64,000 nucleotides of DNA from the human T2T-CHM13v2.0 reference genome, Homo sapiens, in the NCBI RefSeq assembly GCF_009914755.1, contig NC_060929.1, one strand, 5' to 3'. Made by a program: the position numbers and the translations under genes. Under the pieces are notes generated by a model. It saw only the letters and a list, made by a program, of their open reading frames with translations. It was not told the DNA's origin and did no database searches. This document shows, piece by piece, positions 60,510 to 64,000 of this stretch; the first letter of the stretch is position 1, and every line of letters begins with the position of its first letter.

Positions 60510-63500
60510 TGAGGGAAGAGATAACTGTTTTAAACATACCAAGTTAAACTACATAATTGTTATCAATACCAAAGATAATCACTTTTTAATTCTGCGTGGA
60601 TTTCGTAGACAGAATATTTAGAATGTCTAATTGTATATGACAAGAGACAAAGCTATTATTTAGATAGATTCTATTTCAATAAGATATGCCGATATGTTTC
60701 ATTTTTAACTTTTCGTAAAACTTAATTATATAAAGGAAGATAAACATCCCTTACCAACAGTAATTTTTCTTTCGGCTAGATTCTCAATTAAACTGGAAAT
60801 ATAAAATTCCTGGGTAGCAGGCAATTTTTTTCTTAATTATTATATTTTCAGAGCCTTTAATAACAGACAGCACTGGGGATAAAACACTGCATAGTGCCTA
60901 AGAGAATTTTTCCATAAAGTTCTAAAATTTCATAAAGGAATATACTTGAAATTGTGACATTACATGCACAAACACAAATTTCTATTGGAATGAGGAAGCA
61001 CATTATAATGGAAAGAGCAGGAGATTTCAACAAAATTCACCTCACCCACTATTGCTTGAACCCCACTCTGAGCTTCAAGTCTAGTATTAGAGAGATGGCA
61101 GTGAACAAGGCGGATGCCCTCCTGGATTATAGTCAAAAGATACAGCTTCTTTCCTGTCACTTATTAGATGGTTTAATTTTCTAAAGAAAACATTCTCCTT
61201 TGGTCTCAATTTTCTCTGTGATGTAATAATGTTTATACATTTTTTATGGTGATTGCAATTTAGAATAAAATGTGATAATGAATTTCAAACTGCAAACACT
61301 GTGCAAATAACAAGGGTGCACATGTTGAAAATTTTTAGAAGATACACCAACCCTGAAATGTGGTTTAGAGACTGTTTTTTTAACCAAAAATTTAAAAGTT
61401 ATATTCAATTTTGGTCTCATGTATAAAGTTACCTCAGATATATAAATATTAATTCAAAACATTACTTACAATTTGACAGTGCATACACCACGAGTACTTT
61501 TTTATTGTTTTCCAAGAAAAGTGAGAAAGATAACAGAAATATAACATAAATAAGATAATATAACATGGTAAAAAATTATTAACGTGGCAATTATAGGTAT
61601 ACTTTTAGAAATGTTGAAAGGAAAGGAAATTTTTATTTAAAAAGAAAAAGAGACTTCAGTCTAATTCTTTATCTACAAACCGACTTTCATCTCCTTATAA
61701 CATATGGACATGAATTTACTTTGCTGGTAAACTCATAATTGAGTATCTGGCTTGCAGTAGATTATATATCGCTAATCAAAGCAGATTACTGTTTTTGTGA
61801 CCTTGAAGAGTTTATTCCACTCTCTGTAGCTATTTCCCTGAACTGGAAAATTAAATCTAAGTAGAACCTTGGTGCCAAACAGATGCTACCTTTGGCTTAA
61901 ATTGTCTTGGGTAAATTATAAAATAATAATTAATAACTATGAGTCAGTGCCCAGAAATTATTCAGGCATATCCATTACCTCTGTACATAAACAAAATCAA
62001 TTTTCATTAAATATGCTAATTCCACACAGCATTACTATCGAAGCTTTGCCAATGCCTGAGTAGACATTATGCCTTATTTTCCAAATCAAGCAAAACCATT
62101 TTTCATTATTTGTTTTGATTATCTTCAGTATGGCCTATCCTAATTGTGTTCGGAACAGGTGCATTTATGTTGCTAAAGAGACCAAAATAACAGTCTGAAC
62201 ATGAAGCTTTTATATGCCATGCGGTGCAATTATTTCATCGGGATACACAGTGGGAAGAAGTAGTCTAGTGATAGTACCCTTACTGTAATTAAAGGCCAAA
62301 TGGGGAATAAAAAGAAAGCAGGGGGATTATTAATCATAATTTTCAACAGCATCTTCCAGCTGAATCAAATGATGTTAATACTTGTAGTAGATATTTCAGA
62401 TTTTCAGAATAAAACCCTGGATTTCTTAGAATATTATTCCTACTTCACAATACTATTTTATTTCTGGTAAAACATATTTTACAAGGGATGCTTTAATTTC
62501 AGTCTTTAGGTAATTCCATTAATATGTGCTGCATAATTAATTGAATTTGTTGTTTTTAGAATTATGATGGTTACATAACCAGGCAGGTAAATTGAAAGAG
62601 ATTAATTAGATTCAGGAACTTTTTAAGAAACATAGATATGAATAATGGAAGTAATTGGTCTAGTATGTGAACACTATAAATGTTAGTATGCTAAGTGATT
62701 TACATCTCATACAATCCCTATATCAAATATGTTAACTGACACAATTGTTACTCACATATTAAACATGAGAAACTAAAAGTTCATCTAAGCAAAGTAATTT
62801 CTCCAAAGTTAAAGACTTTGTAAGTTGATGGAAAGGAAATTCAAAATCATTTTCAAACAGCAAAGCTTGAGCTCTATATTCTGTACATATATATTCTTCA
62901 GAGTGGAGTAATATTGCATATCTTTAAATATTGCATGTTATTTGGAAAATAAGAATTCCTAAACAGAGGTTAATATTTTTGTCAATGTTGTTTACAATCT
63001 CTTAAGTGCCTTATCAGTTATAAATTATTTTTCACTGGAAAGGCTCAAAGTCCAAATATATGTTTAAAACTGTATTAAAATTTTAGTTAGGATAATAATG
63101 AAAAAGAGTGGACATTTGAAACCCTCATCTTGCCACCTGTTTCAAGCCCTTCTACTCTATACAAATAATATGCCATACAAGTTAAGTAACTTAATTAAAT
63201 AATTTGCATTTTATATGCTTTATTTCATTTTGTGATTCAAAATTGAAATTGATAATAACTTGTATGTTTGACATAACATGTTTACTTAATGAATGAGATG
63301 AATCAGTTTGCTACAGAAGCACATACCTAGTTCAGGAAAAAATTTAGAAAATTCATTTAAAAAGAAAAATAAGTTAGATATAGCCTTTATTTATTTTTGT
63401 GGAGTACTTAAGCGGGCCAAGGGCAATTAGATTCTAAAAAGTGTTCAAAATAACATATATTAAAGTTAACTTCTCTAAAAAATGTACATACTATTAAAAC

Positions 63501-63536
63501 ATTTTTTTCAATTTGTTATACATTTAAGTTTCTTGA

Positions 63537-63915
<379 letters not shown>

Positions 63916-64000
63916 TAGAGTTCATGTTTAATTTTACACTTGAATTCATAATATATTAATATTTCAAACATATAATAAAGATTATAATATACATCAGAAT

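Overview
Human genomic DNA (it carries a near-consensus AluYb8, a human-specific subfamily). The window is AT-rich, repeat-dense and has no intact protein-coding gene. The long ORFs in the track come from decayed L1, LTR or Alu sequence. The standout is a defective HERV-K14 (HML-1, LTR14-type) provirus at 48891-52500. It has replaced most of pro-pol with a spliced, intronless TRPC6 mRNA fragment (S5-pore-S6-TRP box) and has a mosaic 3' region. As I recall, TRPC6-bearing HERV-K14 proviruses have already been reported, so the class is probably not new. The window also holds many non-canonical insertion and repair scars: a three-level L1MA/THE1A/L1PA nest, three 5'-inverted (twin-primed) L1s, a tailless Alu inside an opposite-strand Alu, a 97-bp locally templated insertion inside an AluY, and a 1.5-kb-spaced local duplication. 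All family calls are by eye from remembered consensus sequences; no search was run.
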